39,996 nucleotides of DNA from a virus (taxonomy: Duplodnaviria; Caudoviricetes), in the IMG/VR virus record IMGVR_UViG_3300038393_003168, positions 1-39,996 of that record; one strand, given 5' to 3'. The position numbers were made by a program, and so were the translations under genes. Below are positions 1-7,940 of this stretch, one piece after another. Position 1 is the first letter of the stretch, and each line of letters opens with the position of its first letter. The notes under the pieces were generated by a model, which searched no databases, had not been told where the DNA came from, and saw only the letters and a list, made by a program, of their open reading frames with translations.

Positions 1-1590
1 TTATGCCGCCCATTTTTTTAAAATTGCAACGTTTTTACTCGTCCACTTAACAGGGGAAATCTGAGTATCCCTAGGGGACGCCACGTTATCCCCTGTAGTG
101 GGAGCGGCGATTCGATAATGAATCGTGCAGTTCTCAGCTACAGGATCCAGGACAACACGATCAACAAGGCCGCTTAATGCGGCCTTGATCGTTTTTACGT
201 CGCCAGATTCAAGACTTTCCTGCAGTTGATCGGCCAGCAAGCGTAGTAGGCGGCGCACGTCATCTGCCGTGAATGCCTGTACGGATTCATGTTGCTGGGC
301 TCGTGTTCTCATTTCGGAGAGTTTTTCGATCAGTGCGCCCCGCTCCGTCTCCGCTTGAGCGACAGCACGGCGGTAGGCGTCCATTGTGGAATCTTCAGCG
401 TCGGCCAGTAAGTCGATCAGCCTGCCGATTTTCCGTGTCATGCCTTCAAGCTGGCGTTCCAATCCGGAAATCTTCCTGCCATCAACAGGATCGTCTATTT
501 CCTTTCGCATGGCGGCGAGGATCTGAGCCACTACCTCATCGGCCTGCAGATCTGTCACCAATCGATCAAGTACAACTCCGTCAACACGTCGGGCTGAAAT
601 CTTTTTCCCCTTCCCGAGTCGGTATAAAGCCGCATCCATGCGCGAATCCCATTCCCCATGCCATGCCTGCTCATCAGGTGAAACAAGCATTCCGGTGAGC
701 AAGTAAGGGCGACTGGTATCTTTCGCGCGCCGATGGCGTTGTTTTTCGATCTGCGCCAGCACTGCCTCTGCATCATCGTCGCTGACGATGGCTTGGTGTG
801 TGTTGCGGTTGATGACCCACTCGCTACGCGGGCGGCGCTTCTCCCCGCTCCGGTAGCCATCCGCCGTGCGTTCGTTATGCACGTTCCAGACCGTATGCCC
901 GGCATAAGTAAGGGCTTGCCATTCGAGGGAATTCAGGCTATCGACTGGCCAGGTAATCCCAAGACGTTCGACCAGTCGGCCACGGGCCTCGCCAGCTGCT
1001 CGCCCTTGCAGGTATTGCGCCACTTGTGGCGCATCTTCGTTTGGTACAAGTCTCGACTTGAGAACCGGTGCGCCGTCACGAATGGCCCCGGTACCTTGGT
1101 ATTCGAGCCGATAACCTCGTGGGGCGCGGCCACCGGCACGCCAACCTTGCCGCACGTTCTCTGCCATGCCGGCCAATCCCTTCGCCTTACTGGTGAGGCT
1201 GTGCCATTCGTCCATCGCCTGGAGAATGGATTTCAGCAGCATGCCGGTAATGGGGTCTGAATCGGGTACGTTCCGATAATGAATGACGATACCGGCCTTG
1301 TCGCATTCGTGTTCGAAAATCAGGGCGATATGTCGGCGCCTGGCAATGCGGGATGTGTCCAGCACCAGCACGTTTTCCCAAGCGCGTTCTGGTTGCCTCA
1401 ATGCGCGGATCATTTGCTGGAATCCTGGCCTGTCTTCATCCTTTCCGGATTCCACGGCATCGGCAAATTCCTGCGCTACGACAAGCCCCTTGGATGTTGC
1501 TAATTCATGGAGTGCGCGTCGCTGGGCGTCAATGGAGATGTCGCTGCGGTCTTTACTGCTCCGGAGGTACAGGGCGGCTCGATTGCTCAT
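1..1590 (-). CDS. int: Large serine recombinase (phage integrase)
   Basis: N-terminal resolvase motifs YLRSS..SIDAQ, ESGKDEDRPGFQQM, DTSRIAR; recombinase domain (GGRAPRGY, THQAIVS); C-terminal coiled coil; 529 aa. Confidence 0.95.
   Translation of the reverse strand: MSNRAALYLRSSKDRSDISIDAQRRALHELATSKGLVVAQEFADAVESGKDEDRPGFQQMIRALRQPERAWENVLVLDTSRIARRRHIALIFEHECDKAGIVIHYRNVPDSDPITGMLLKSILQAMDEWHSLTSKAKGLAGMAENVRQGWRAGGRAPRGYRLEYQGTGAIRDGAPVLKSRLVPNEDAPQVAQYLQGRAAGEARGRLVERLGITWPVDSLNSLEWQALTYAGHTVWNVHNERTADGYRSGEKRRPRSEWVINRNTHQAIVSDDDAEAVLAQIEKQRHRRAKDTSRPYLLTGMLVSPDEQAWHGEWDSRMDAALYRLGKGKKISARRVDGVVLDRLVTDLQADEVVAQILAAMRKEIDDPVDGRKISGLERQLEGMTRKIGRLIDLLADAEDSTMDAYRRAVAQAETERGALIEKLSEMRTRAQQHESVQAFTADDVRRLLRLLADQLQESLESGDVKTIKAALSGLVDRVVLDPVAENCTIHYRIAAPTTGDNVASPRDTQISPVKWTSKNVAILKKWAA
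43..101. other. Putative attP site, core CCCTAGGGGACGCCA (69-83) matching the tRNA-Glu 3' end
   Basis: 69-83 matches the 3' end of proteobacterial tRNA-Glu(UUC) (...CCCCTAGGGGACGCCA). Palindrome CCCTAGGG at 69-76 is flanked by inverted arms ACAGGGGA (50-57)/TCCCCTGT (89-96) and CCACT (43-47)/AGTGG (97-101). Confidence 0.8.
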
Positions 1591-1726
1591 TTTTGACGAC
1601 TTTGAGGTCAGTTTGTTGATTCAAGCGCAATAATAACCGAGCCAAACCGGTGAAATCTGCGCACGCAAGATCGCCGGCGGTTTCGACATGAACCGGCGGT
1701 TTTTTCTTGCTGATGACTGCGCTCAT
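1553..1726 (-). CDS. 57-aa small protein overlapping the integrase start; candidate recombination directionality factor
   Basis: Not in the ORF track. Translates as MSAVISKKKPPVHVETAGDLACADFTGLARLLLRLNQQTDLKVVKNEQSSRPVPPEQ, with a GGAG RBS, and fills the gap directly upstream of int. Function is inferred from position only. Confidence 0.5.
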   Translation of the reverse strand: MSAVISKKKPPVHVETAGDLACADFTGLARLLLRLNQQTDLKVVKNEQSSRPVPPEQ

Positions 1727-1729
1727 GTC

Positions 1730-2020
1730 CTACTCCAAATCAACCGGCTTGCTCAGATCAATGGCAAACACCTCGACCTCATCCGGCCCGAAATGCGAGT
1801 GCATCAGCTTGGTTTTGCGGTAGCCGTTCCATTCAAATATCAGGGTTCGATCAGGATCTCCCGCCTTCGGATAGCCGAGCGTGATGTAAATATTGTCGTA
1901 GTCTCGACCGACCAGACGCTTCGTCCAATAGTCGTTCGCCAGTCGGTATTCCTCTCCCTTGCAGCCAGCCTTGATGCTGTCGAAATACACGCGTTTTACC
2001 GATAAATGCAGATCGCTCAT
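1730..2020 (-). CDS. ASCH-domain protein
   Basis: LHLSVKRVYFDSIKAGCKGEEYR matches the ASCH GxKxxExR motif; YWTKRL and LGYPK are typical of phage ASCH proteins. Confidence 0.8.
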   Translation of the reverse strand: MSDLHLSVKRVYFDSIKAGCKGEEYRLANDYWTKRLVGRDYDNIYITLGYPKAGDPDRTLIFEWNGYRKTKLMHSHFGPDEVEVFAIDLSKPVDLE

Positions 2021-2022
2021 CT

Positions 2023-2109
2023 TCAATGTCCTTCCATATCCCTATCCATACCCCAAGCGATATAACCAATCACCAGTCCTATTACTATTCCGATGAGGAT
2101 GCAGGTCAT
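2023..2109 (-). CDS. 28-aa single-TM membrane peptide
   Basis: MTCILIGIVIGLVIGYIAWGMDRDMEGH with an AGGAG RBS; fits the operon gap. Confidence 0.5.
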   Translation of the reverse strand: MTCILIGIVIGLVIGYIAWGMDRDMEGH

Positions 2110-2131
2110 CTCTTCTCCTGATTAGGCGGCT

Positions 2132-2398
2132 TCACTTGATACGGTGCTGATGGACGCCAGTAATGCCTTTTGGGAGATCCGGAGTTTTGTCTTCGGTCGC
2201 CACTGTTGCGCCGCTTTCAAGGAACTTGCTCTGCTTCCCGCCTACGGCGCGTAGGTATTCCACCTCAACTTTGGCGCTGTTTATCACCGTCTGCGCGATG
2301 TCCGACATGGCCCTGGCATCTTCCACGTCCATATCTCCGTCTTTGAGCGCCTGCATCGTGTCGAAAAGATGCTCTCTCAGTTTGTCGATTGTGTTCAT
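2132..2398 (-). CDS. Hypothetical phage protein (helical), coupled to the HNH gene
   Basis: 88-aa ORF (LREHLFDTMQAL...IAQTVINSAKVEVEY); ATGA overlap with the upstream HNH gene. Confidence 0.75.
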   Translation of the reverse strand: MNTIDKLREHLFDTMQALKDGDMDVEDARAMSDIAQTVINSAKVEVEYLRAVGGKQSKFLESGATVATEDKTPDLPKGITGVHQHRIK

Positions 2399-2895
2399 GC
2401 TTGGCTCCGTTTGTTGATCATCCTATTGAGGACGGATTTCAGTTGGCAGGCGTATTGCACTTCCGGTGGGTAGCGGTGAATAGAGTTCCGGCGCATCAGC
2501 TCTTGTCGATCAATGCACTCAAGATTCTCGATGGCGATGTTTTCTCGGTCGCCGTCCTTGAAGACAACGGCGTGTCCAGGCGCGACCGGGCCGCAAGTTT
2601 CTTCCCACAGAAGGCGATGCGCTGCCACAAAATCAACATTCGGATTTCCAGTGTCCGATACTTTACGCTCAAGGTATCCCGAGGCGGAGATACGCTCCGT
2701 GCCGATTGGCTGCCAGTGTGGAGGCTTGTGGCCGGTCTTAAATCTTCCCGCACCCGGTTTTTTCAGGCCAAGCCTCGATGCCTTATGGTCGCAGGAGGTT
2801 TCCGAGCGCCCAAGCACCTGCGCAATGCTTCGATTCGACTCGATTGCATAGCGGCTCGTCAAAATAGCAATGTCTTCAGCGGTCCAGGCTTTCAT
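2395..2895 (-). CDS. HNH_3-type endonuclease-like protein with N-terminal HTH
   Basis: HRLLWEE..GP..GHAVVFKDGDRENIAIENL; N-terminal WTAEDIAIL...IAQVLGRS..KASRLGL. The usual catalytic His position is Phe. Confidence 0.8.
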   Translation of the reverse strand: MKAWTAEDIAILTSRYAIESNRSIAQVLGRSETSCDHKASRLGLKKPGAGRFKTGHKPPHWQPIGTERISASGYLERKVSDTGNPNVDFVAAHRLLWEETCGPVAPGHAVVFKDGDRENIAIENLECIDRQELMRRNSIHRYPPEVQYACQLKSVLNRMINKRSQA

Positions 2896-3005
2896 CTTTC
2901 CCCCTGCTTGCCGATAGCTGCTGCAGCGCGGACGATGGCACCGGCTACCTTGCTCAGTCCATGCTCAATGATTAAAGCGGCAAATAGTATGGAGAGTCCT
3001 ATCAT
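2892..3005 (-). CDS. 37-aa hydrophobic small protein
   Basis: MIGLSILFAALIIEHGLSKVAGAIVRAAAAIGKQGER; ATGA overlaps with both neighbours. Confidence 0.5.
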   Translation of the reverse strand: MIGLSILFAALIIEHGLSKVAGAIVRAAAAIGKQGER

Positions 3006-3280
3006 TTCTTTGCCTCGCTATCTACGGAATCATCATCTTCAGCGAGATAGGCGAAGCGGCATTCCGTTTCGCAGAAATGATGCCCGGGCCCTCCGCGATA
3101 GCCGTAATCAGTAGCGCCACAGTTGACGCATTCATAGACCGGCTGGCTGCACGGCGCTGGCAAATCCTTCGGGCATGGTCGGCCGCCATTCGATTCCCAG
3201 CGATGAAATCCCTTGGAGCATTGGCTCCCGCCAGCGTCGAATACAGCATCTGCGACCAGTCTTTGAAGTATCGACGTCAT
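3002..3280 (-). CDS. Cys-rich putative zinc-binding phage protein
   Basis: C...H, CP...CSQPVYECVNCG...C...C pattern; 92 aa. Confidence 0.65.
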   Translation of the reverse strand: MTSILQRLVADAVFDAGGSQCSKGFHRWESNGGRPCPKDLPAPCSQPVYECVNCGATDYGYRGGPGHHFCETECRFAYLAEDDDSVDSEAKK

Positions 3281-3331
3281 CTCAACCCTCCACGTTTTCC
3301 CCGTCGTTGGAGACGGTAGGGCGGCTATCTT

Positions 3332-3709
3332 TCATGCTGCACGTCTGTAGTTTTCGCTGTTGCGCCCGAAATAGATTGCTGCTGGTTTCATCTTGTAGGC
3401 TGGCGGCTGGATCACTGCTGCCATCAGCTTGCGCCAATTCGCCGGGGTGTTCAGCACCACAGGCCCAGCATCGCCGTCGATGTCACCTGGGGTCGGTGCT
3501 ACGGTGAGCACATCCACCACATCGCACGGCACCGCGATGTTGCCGCAACCGTCGTTGTAGTAGCCGAGGTGCGCCATCACGTTGTCGCGCTCATACCTTC
3601 CAGCCCATTCAAGTGCCCAGCAATAGCCTTTGTCGTCTGGACGCCAGAATGTGATGTAGCGATGCCGCTTATGCGAATGCTTCAGGCTGACGATGTAGAA
3701 GTAGCTCAC
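3332..3709 (-). CDS. Hypothetical phage protein
   Basis: 125-aa ORF in operon orientation (YITFWRPDDKGYCW..AGRY); overlaps the upstream gene stop. Confidence 0.75.
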   Translation of the reverse strand: MSYFYIVSLKHSHKRHRYITFWRPDDKGYCWALEWAGRYERDNVMAHLGYYNDGCGNIAVPCDVVDVLTVAPTPGDIDGDAGPVVLNTPANWRKLMAAVIQPPAYKMKPAAIYFGRNSENYRRAA

Positions 3710-5424
3710 GATCCCTCCTTATCGGCGGACGGGGCGGCGAGCATCGGCCTCCAGTGCGATGCGAATGTTTGATGGCTAACATGGAAGAAATCCCATCGCT
3801 GCCTTTTCTCATTCCATCGAATTGGCGTGGCGATGTCATACCAAGTCGGGTCCCAGCCAAGAACCACAGTCCCATCCTTCGGCGCTGTCTCGATTGGTTG
3901 CCACCCTTCCGCCACTCCCGGAGCAGTGCGAGATAGGGCGCGGGCAGCGGCGATCATCTTCTGGACGTAGCCTTCATGGTGCATCGGCAGGCCGTATTCT
4001 TCTGAGTCGTAATCCATTGCGATGTTGTGTAACTCGGTAAGCATCTTCTCGATGTCTTCATCGCTCACCGCCACTGGAGAATCGAGGGCGGCGCGGGCGG
4101 CATCAATACGGCGCTGTGCCTCTGCGTTTGGTTTGAATGCGCCTGAGGCGATGCGTGCCTCTTCGATTTCGAGCAGTCCTTTCAGCGCCTCCCGCTCCAT
4201 CGGCGCTGCTGCCTGTGGGGCTGCTTTGTCGTTTGTCGGCTTCTTCAATGCGCGAACCGCCGTTGCGCAGGAGTTGCAGACAAATTTGCTCTTGGGGTCG
4301 AGGTCTTCCTGCGACTCAAGTTCTTTGGCGCATGCCTCTATAGCCGCATTCCAGTTTGAAGCGGCAACGAAATTGAGTGCAGCGCTCCATCCTTCCGAGC
4401 GCAATTTCTCCGCATGCTCTTTGGGCTGTAGTGGTGCTGGTGAGGGAATGGAGGCGGCTAACATTTCCCACGTAAGTGGCTCGATCTGCTCGCCCATTTC
4501 GACGCAGTCGCAGCATGGCCCGCAAGTTTTGGAGCGCAGATTCCAAGAGTCGCCCCAGCCGGTATCGCGATTGGGGATAAATCGCCACAAGGCAGAGCAG
4601 ACGTTGCAGCGATGAGTCGGCAGTGCGCCTTTCATATTGTCCGGATGGTAGATTCCAGTACGCATTTGTGGATCGCCAAGATGCTCACGCTCTAATTCTT
4701 CGTAATCTGGCGCGGATGATGCAATTGGGCACATCGGATTTCCATGCTCGTCACCGATTACACCTTTCGGATGTACGCACTGCCCCGCAGCCATCGCGAA
4801 GCTGTCCTTTGCCATGCTTGATAGCACTTCCATGCGCGTCACGAGGAGTCGAAGCGGCAGCCCCTTCTTTATGGTTCCGCAGCCAACAGTGATGTCGCAC
4901 GGCAGCGGCCAATCGAGCGGGTCTACCGGCTCTTGCGCCTGTGCTGGCTCCGACATTTCGACTGCATACTGAGGGCTGCAAGTATGGATGCCGCCAGTGT
5001 TCCGCTTCCCGCATGCGGGGCAGAAATTCCGGGCTGGCTCATCCTGCGGCTTGCTGGCTGCATTGGGGGAGGATTGCAGTGCAAACTTTACGCCCGCATA
5101 GAAAGCGTTCATCACATCAGTTTTGATGTCCTGGCGGTCGTCACCATCGTAAAGCGCCGCCTTTGCCTCTGCGGCTGCAATCATGTGCTCGTCCGTCATC
5201 TCCCCTCTGGATTCCGAGGGGGATGATGGGGACATGCGAGCGCCAATAAGCTGATAGGCATCAGCGAGCAATTGGCCGGCAGCCTCCACCTTTTCCTTGG
5301 CTTCCGGCGTGGCCTGTATGGCCGGATGGGCTTCGATGTGTTCTTCGAGGTTGCATAATGCGACGTGAATTCGATCCGTGGCCTCGTGAAAATATCCGTC
5401 GCCGTCTTTCAGTTGATCAGCCAT
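3706..5424 (-). CDS. Mosaic Ea/Ead-like early protein with C-terminal DUF551-like module
   Basis: 572 aa; C-terminal GWQPIETAPKDGT...SHWRPML; internal CPACG, CNVC and CGPCC modules joined by Ala/Pro linkers. Confidence 0.75.
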   Translation of the reverse strand: MADQLKDGDGYFHEATDRIHVALCNLEEHIEAHPAIQATPEAKEKVEAAGQLLADAYQLIGARMSPSSPSESRGEMTDEHMIAAAEAKAALYDGDDRQDIKTDVMNAFYAGVKFALQSSPNAASKPQDEPARNFCPACGKRNTGGIHTCSPQYAVEMSEPAQAQEPVDPLDWPLPCDITVGCGTIKKGLPLRLLVTRMEVLSSMAKDSFAMAAGQCVHPKGVIGDEHGNPMCPIASSAPDYEELEREHLGDPQMRTGIYHPDNMKGALPTHRCNVCSALWRFIPNRDTGWGDSWNLRSKTCGPCCDCVEMGEQIEPLTWEMLAASIPSPAPLQPKEHAEKLRSEGWSAALNFVAASNWNAAIEACAKELESQEDLDPKSKFVCNSCATAVRALKKPTNDKAAPQAAAPMEREALKGLLEIEEARIASGAFKPNAEAQRRIDAARAALDSPVAVSDEDIEKMLTELHNIAMDYDSEEYGLPMHHEGYVQKMIAAARALSRTAPGVAEGWQPIETAPKDGTVVLGWDPTWYDIATPIRWNEKRQRWDFFHVSHQTFASHWRPMLAAPSADKEGS

Positions 5425-5981
5425 TATTTATGCTCCTCTGCGGCATTGTGCTTTTCGAGCCAGTTATCCAGCCGTTCCTTGATATAGGGAGCCACCGGCT
5501 TATCTCGTTCATATAGGGAAACGTGCGTGTAGTCGACGCCAGCCTCCTTCGCGACCTGAGCCTGAGTCATCCCAAACGCAGTCCGCAGCGTTTTCAACGT
5601 GCGAATGCTTGAGTAATCCGGATGCTCAGAGCGCATGTGCTGCATCAGGTTTTGGAAGGTGCGATTACAGCAGGGGCAAACGCCGTTCATTACGCGCTCG
5701 CGCATCTTCTTGTGAGCGCTCGTGATCTGTTTCCGCTCGTTCTCCGCAGTGGCGGCGCGGGCTTGGGCAGCGGCTAACATCTGTTCCTTGCGTTCAAGTT
5801 CCTGTTTCAGCTTTTGTGCTTCGCTGGGGCCGTTGTAGTGAAGCGCATGCCCGGCTGGGCAATAAAAGGTCTTGTGATCATTTCGGCGGCGCTTTTCAAA
5901 ATCTGCCGTCATGGCAAAGGCGATGCCGCAAGCGCTACAATGCTCGACTTCGAACCAAATATTTTCAGAGAACGTTGCCAT
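5424..5981 (-). CDS. Zn-finger / coiled-coil / C2H2 / Cro-C1 HTH protein
   Basis: CSACG...CPAGH; coiled coil; CPCCNRTFQNLMQHMRSEH; LKTLRTAFGMTQAQVAKEAGVDYTHVSLYER (XRE HTH). Confidence 0.8.
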   Translation of the reverse strand: MATFSENIWFEVEHCSACGIAFAMTADFEKRRRNDHKTFYCPAGHALHYNGPSEAQKLKQELERKEQMLAAAQARAATAENERKQITSAHKKMRERVMNGVCPCCNRTFQNLMQHMRSEHPDYSSIRTLKTLRTAFGMTQAQVAKEAGVDYTHVSLYERDKPVAPYIKERLDNWLEKHNAAEEHK

Positions 5982-6513
5982 TTTTCTGCTCCTTCAGTTG
6001 GGCGAGGACGGCAGCGCGGAATTGTGTATAGAAGATTCTGCAAATCTCGTTCGAGTTATATTCGACAGTGGAGACTCGCTTAATCTCTTGTTCAAATGCC
6101 GCATCCATCGCCCGCTCTATATCGGCATCGACGGATGAGCGGAGGTCGTGAATCGTGCGCTCCTGATCGTTGACTGCCGCAATCGTGTTTCTCAAGATGA
6201 CGCCTTGTGCAACGATTTCGTCCTGCATCTGAAGGCATTGGCGGGCATTGAAATCTCGCGCCGTCTTCGCCTCTTCCAGTTGCTTGCGAAGAGATTCCGC
6301 CTCATTCGCTTCCGACTTTGCAATATCCATGTAGGTATGCAAATCGACCTTGAGGGATTCAATCTCGGCGATTACTGCCTTAAGAGAGGAAATGCGGATA
6401 GACGCCTCACCTCCGAGCGCGTTGATAGTGGTCACAATTTCCGGATCAAGCCCTCCTACTTGACCGCGAATCTTCACATATCGCTTCAGCTCGTCCAGAT
6501 TCAGTTCTGACAT
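5965..6513 (-). CDS. Hypothetical coiled-coil protein
   Basis: 182 aa from MSELNL, with GGAG RBS and TAATG overlap. Confidence 0.7.
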   Translation of the reverse strand: MSELNLDELKRYVKIRGQVGGLDPEIVTTINALGGEASIRISSLKAVIAEIESLKVDLHTYMDIAKSEANEAESLRKQLEEAKTARDFNARQCLQMQDEIVAQGVILRNTIAAVNDQERTIHDLRSSVDADIERAMDAAFEQEIKRVSTVEYNSNEICRIFYTQFRAAVLAQLKEQKNGNVL

Positions 6514-6815
6514 TACTGCTCCCTCCACGCTTTCTGTTTTAACGCTGCTCGCTGCATCGCCAATGACTCAATGTTCAACGTGCATGCCTCGATCTTTTGC
6601 AATAGTTGCCTACCTGATGAAATAAGCTCCTCCACGCCTTCCGGTATTTCGTCGTTATCCGGTTGCATCCTGCGCAGGATCTGCGACGCAGTAGCGGATA
6701 GCTGACCGCATAGAATCGCAAGTTCCTTCTTGGCGTCTTCATGGGCAGCACGGACGGTTGAGTACTCGCCGCGAGCTTGGATGACATCAGTAGGGATGGA
6801 GGAGAGATCAAGCAT
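6513..6815 (-). CDS. Hypothetical helical protein
   Basis: 100-aa ORF tightly packed in the operon. Confidence 0.7.
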   Translation of the reverse strand: MLDLSSIPTDVIQARGEYSTVRAAHEDAKKELAILCGQLSATASQILRRMQPDNDEIPEGVEELISSGRQLLQKIEACTLNIESLAMQRAALKQKAWREQ

Positions 6816-6817
6816 GA

Positions 6818-7426
6818 TTAAGCAGGAATGTAATCACCGAAAGCGTCTTGATATTCCTCGGTCTCGGATGAGGCATTTTCTTTCTTCTCGCCTTTCCATT
6901 CTGGCGCAGCCATGATGGTGGCCTTCAGCTTGTCGCCGAAGCGCTCAAAAATTTCCATGTCTGGATTGTCCAAGTCGAAAACGTAGGCTTCATTCGGGCT
7001 TGGCGGCTTGGGCATACCTTTGGGGAGCGGCATGATGCTGGCAATGTTGGCGTAGGTCTTGCCGTTCGTCGTTTCATGTACGATATTGAGCATGCAGTAC
7101 GCGCCGAGCACTTTGGTTACATCAAATTGCGCCTCTTCCTCGGGAGAAAATGCGCGACCGCGCCATGCTTCCAGATCACCGCGCAATTGGGCTTTTTCGT
7201 GAAGTGAAAGCGTGTAGCGCTTACTGATGGTGAAGGTGTTCCCATCTGCCATACGATCTTCGCCAAGCAGCTCCCAAGAGATCATGATCTTGTGCGCTTT
7301 TTTCTTCGTTCCTTGCCATTCCGATTCTTGAGTTCCCAAGTCAACCATCCGATAGCATCGTGCAATGTGTACGCCTTCCGGTGTCATCTCGAAATTTCCG
7401 CCTTCGTTCTTTGCAATCAGTCCCAT
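6818..7426 (-). CDS. Putative ssDNA-binding/replication protein (NGO0469-like family)
   Basis: PEGVHIARCYRMVDLGTQ...SKRYTLSLHEKAQLRGDLEAWRG...GKTYANI and an acidic C-terminal tail ending DYIPA, as in phage SSB-like proteins. Confidence 0.7.
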   Translation of the reverse strand: MGLIAKNEGGNFEMTPEGVHIARCYRMVDLGTQESEWQGTKKKAHKIMISWELLGEDRMADGNTFTISKRYTLSLHEKAQLRGDLEAWRGRAFSPEEEAQFDVTKVLGAYCMLNIVHETTNGKTYANIASIMPLPKGMPKPPSPNEAYVFDLDNPDMEIFERFGDKLKATIMAAPEWKGEKKENASSETEEYQDAFGDYIPA

Positions 7427-7438
7427 GTAAATCTCCGT

Positions 7439-7633
7439 TCAAAAAGGTAACGTTTCTTCAGCCTGTTTATCGGGCTGGCTGATTGCCCGTTGAATGCTTT
7501 CCCTTCGCCGTATTTCGCCTTCCCATGCTTGGAGCGCATCCTCCGCGTCTTGCGATTCGTTCCAGGGGCAGCCGAAGTAATCGGCTTGCTCGGCAGCGTC
7601 TTGCACTTCGATCATGTGGTTGCCGTTACACAT
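7439..7633 (-). CDS. Hypothetical protein
   Basis: 64 aa; AGGAGG RBS; acidic tail ending LPF. Confidence 0.55.
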   Translation of the reverse strand: MCNGNHMIEVQDAAEQADYFGCPWNESQDAEDALQAWEGEIRRRESIQRAISQPDKQAEETLPF

Positions 7634-7699
7634 AGCGCCTCCTGAATATCCGCCGCAGTAGAGCTAGTAATCGACCGGTGGTGCAGGTGTGATGGCGAG

Positions 7700-7858
7700 T
7701 CATCTGATCCGCCTCACTTTCTCCTTGGGAGGGTTCTTCATCTCCGCACGGATGCGCTCGAACGTGGCTCGAATGTCCGTCTGCGAGGAATGCACATATC
7801 GTTTCGCAGGATTCATTAGATGCGTCTCCGGATACTCGCGACTGCGCAGTGGCTTCAT
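7700..7858 (-). CDS. Small hypothetical phage protein
   Basis: 52 aa from MKPLRS, with YVHSSQTDIRATFERIR; GGGAG RBS. Confidence 0.55.
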   Translation of the reverse strand: MKPLRSREYPETHLMNPAKRYVHSSQTDIRATFERIRAEMKNPPKEKVRRIR

Positions 7859-7940
7859 ATCGCCGCTCCCAATACACACACCATCAACAGCGCAAAGCAA
7901 ACTAGCGCCTGGTGGTTATTCGTCCATTCCATGGCCCAAG

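Noticed and set aside
40-90. Complete tRNA-Glu gene
   Set aside because: Only the 3' segment matches. The T-loop is replaced and no D or anticodon arm is present, so it is treated as an att site.
1674-1702. Direct repeat CCGGCGGTTT x2 as terminator or binding site
   Set aside because: No proper hairpin before the T-run; lies within the 57-aa ORF; two 10-mers are weak evidence.
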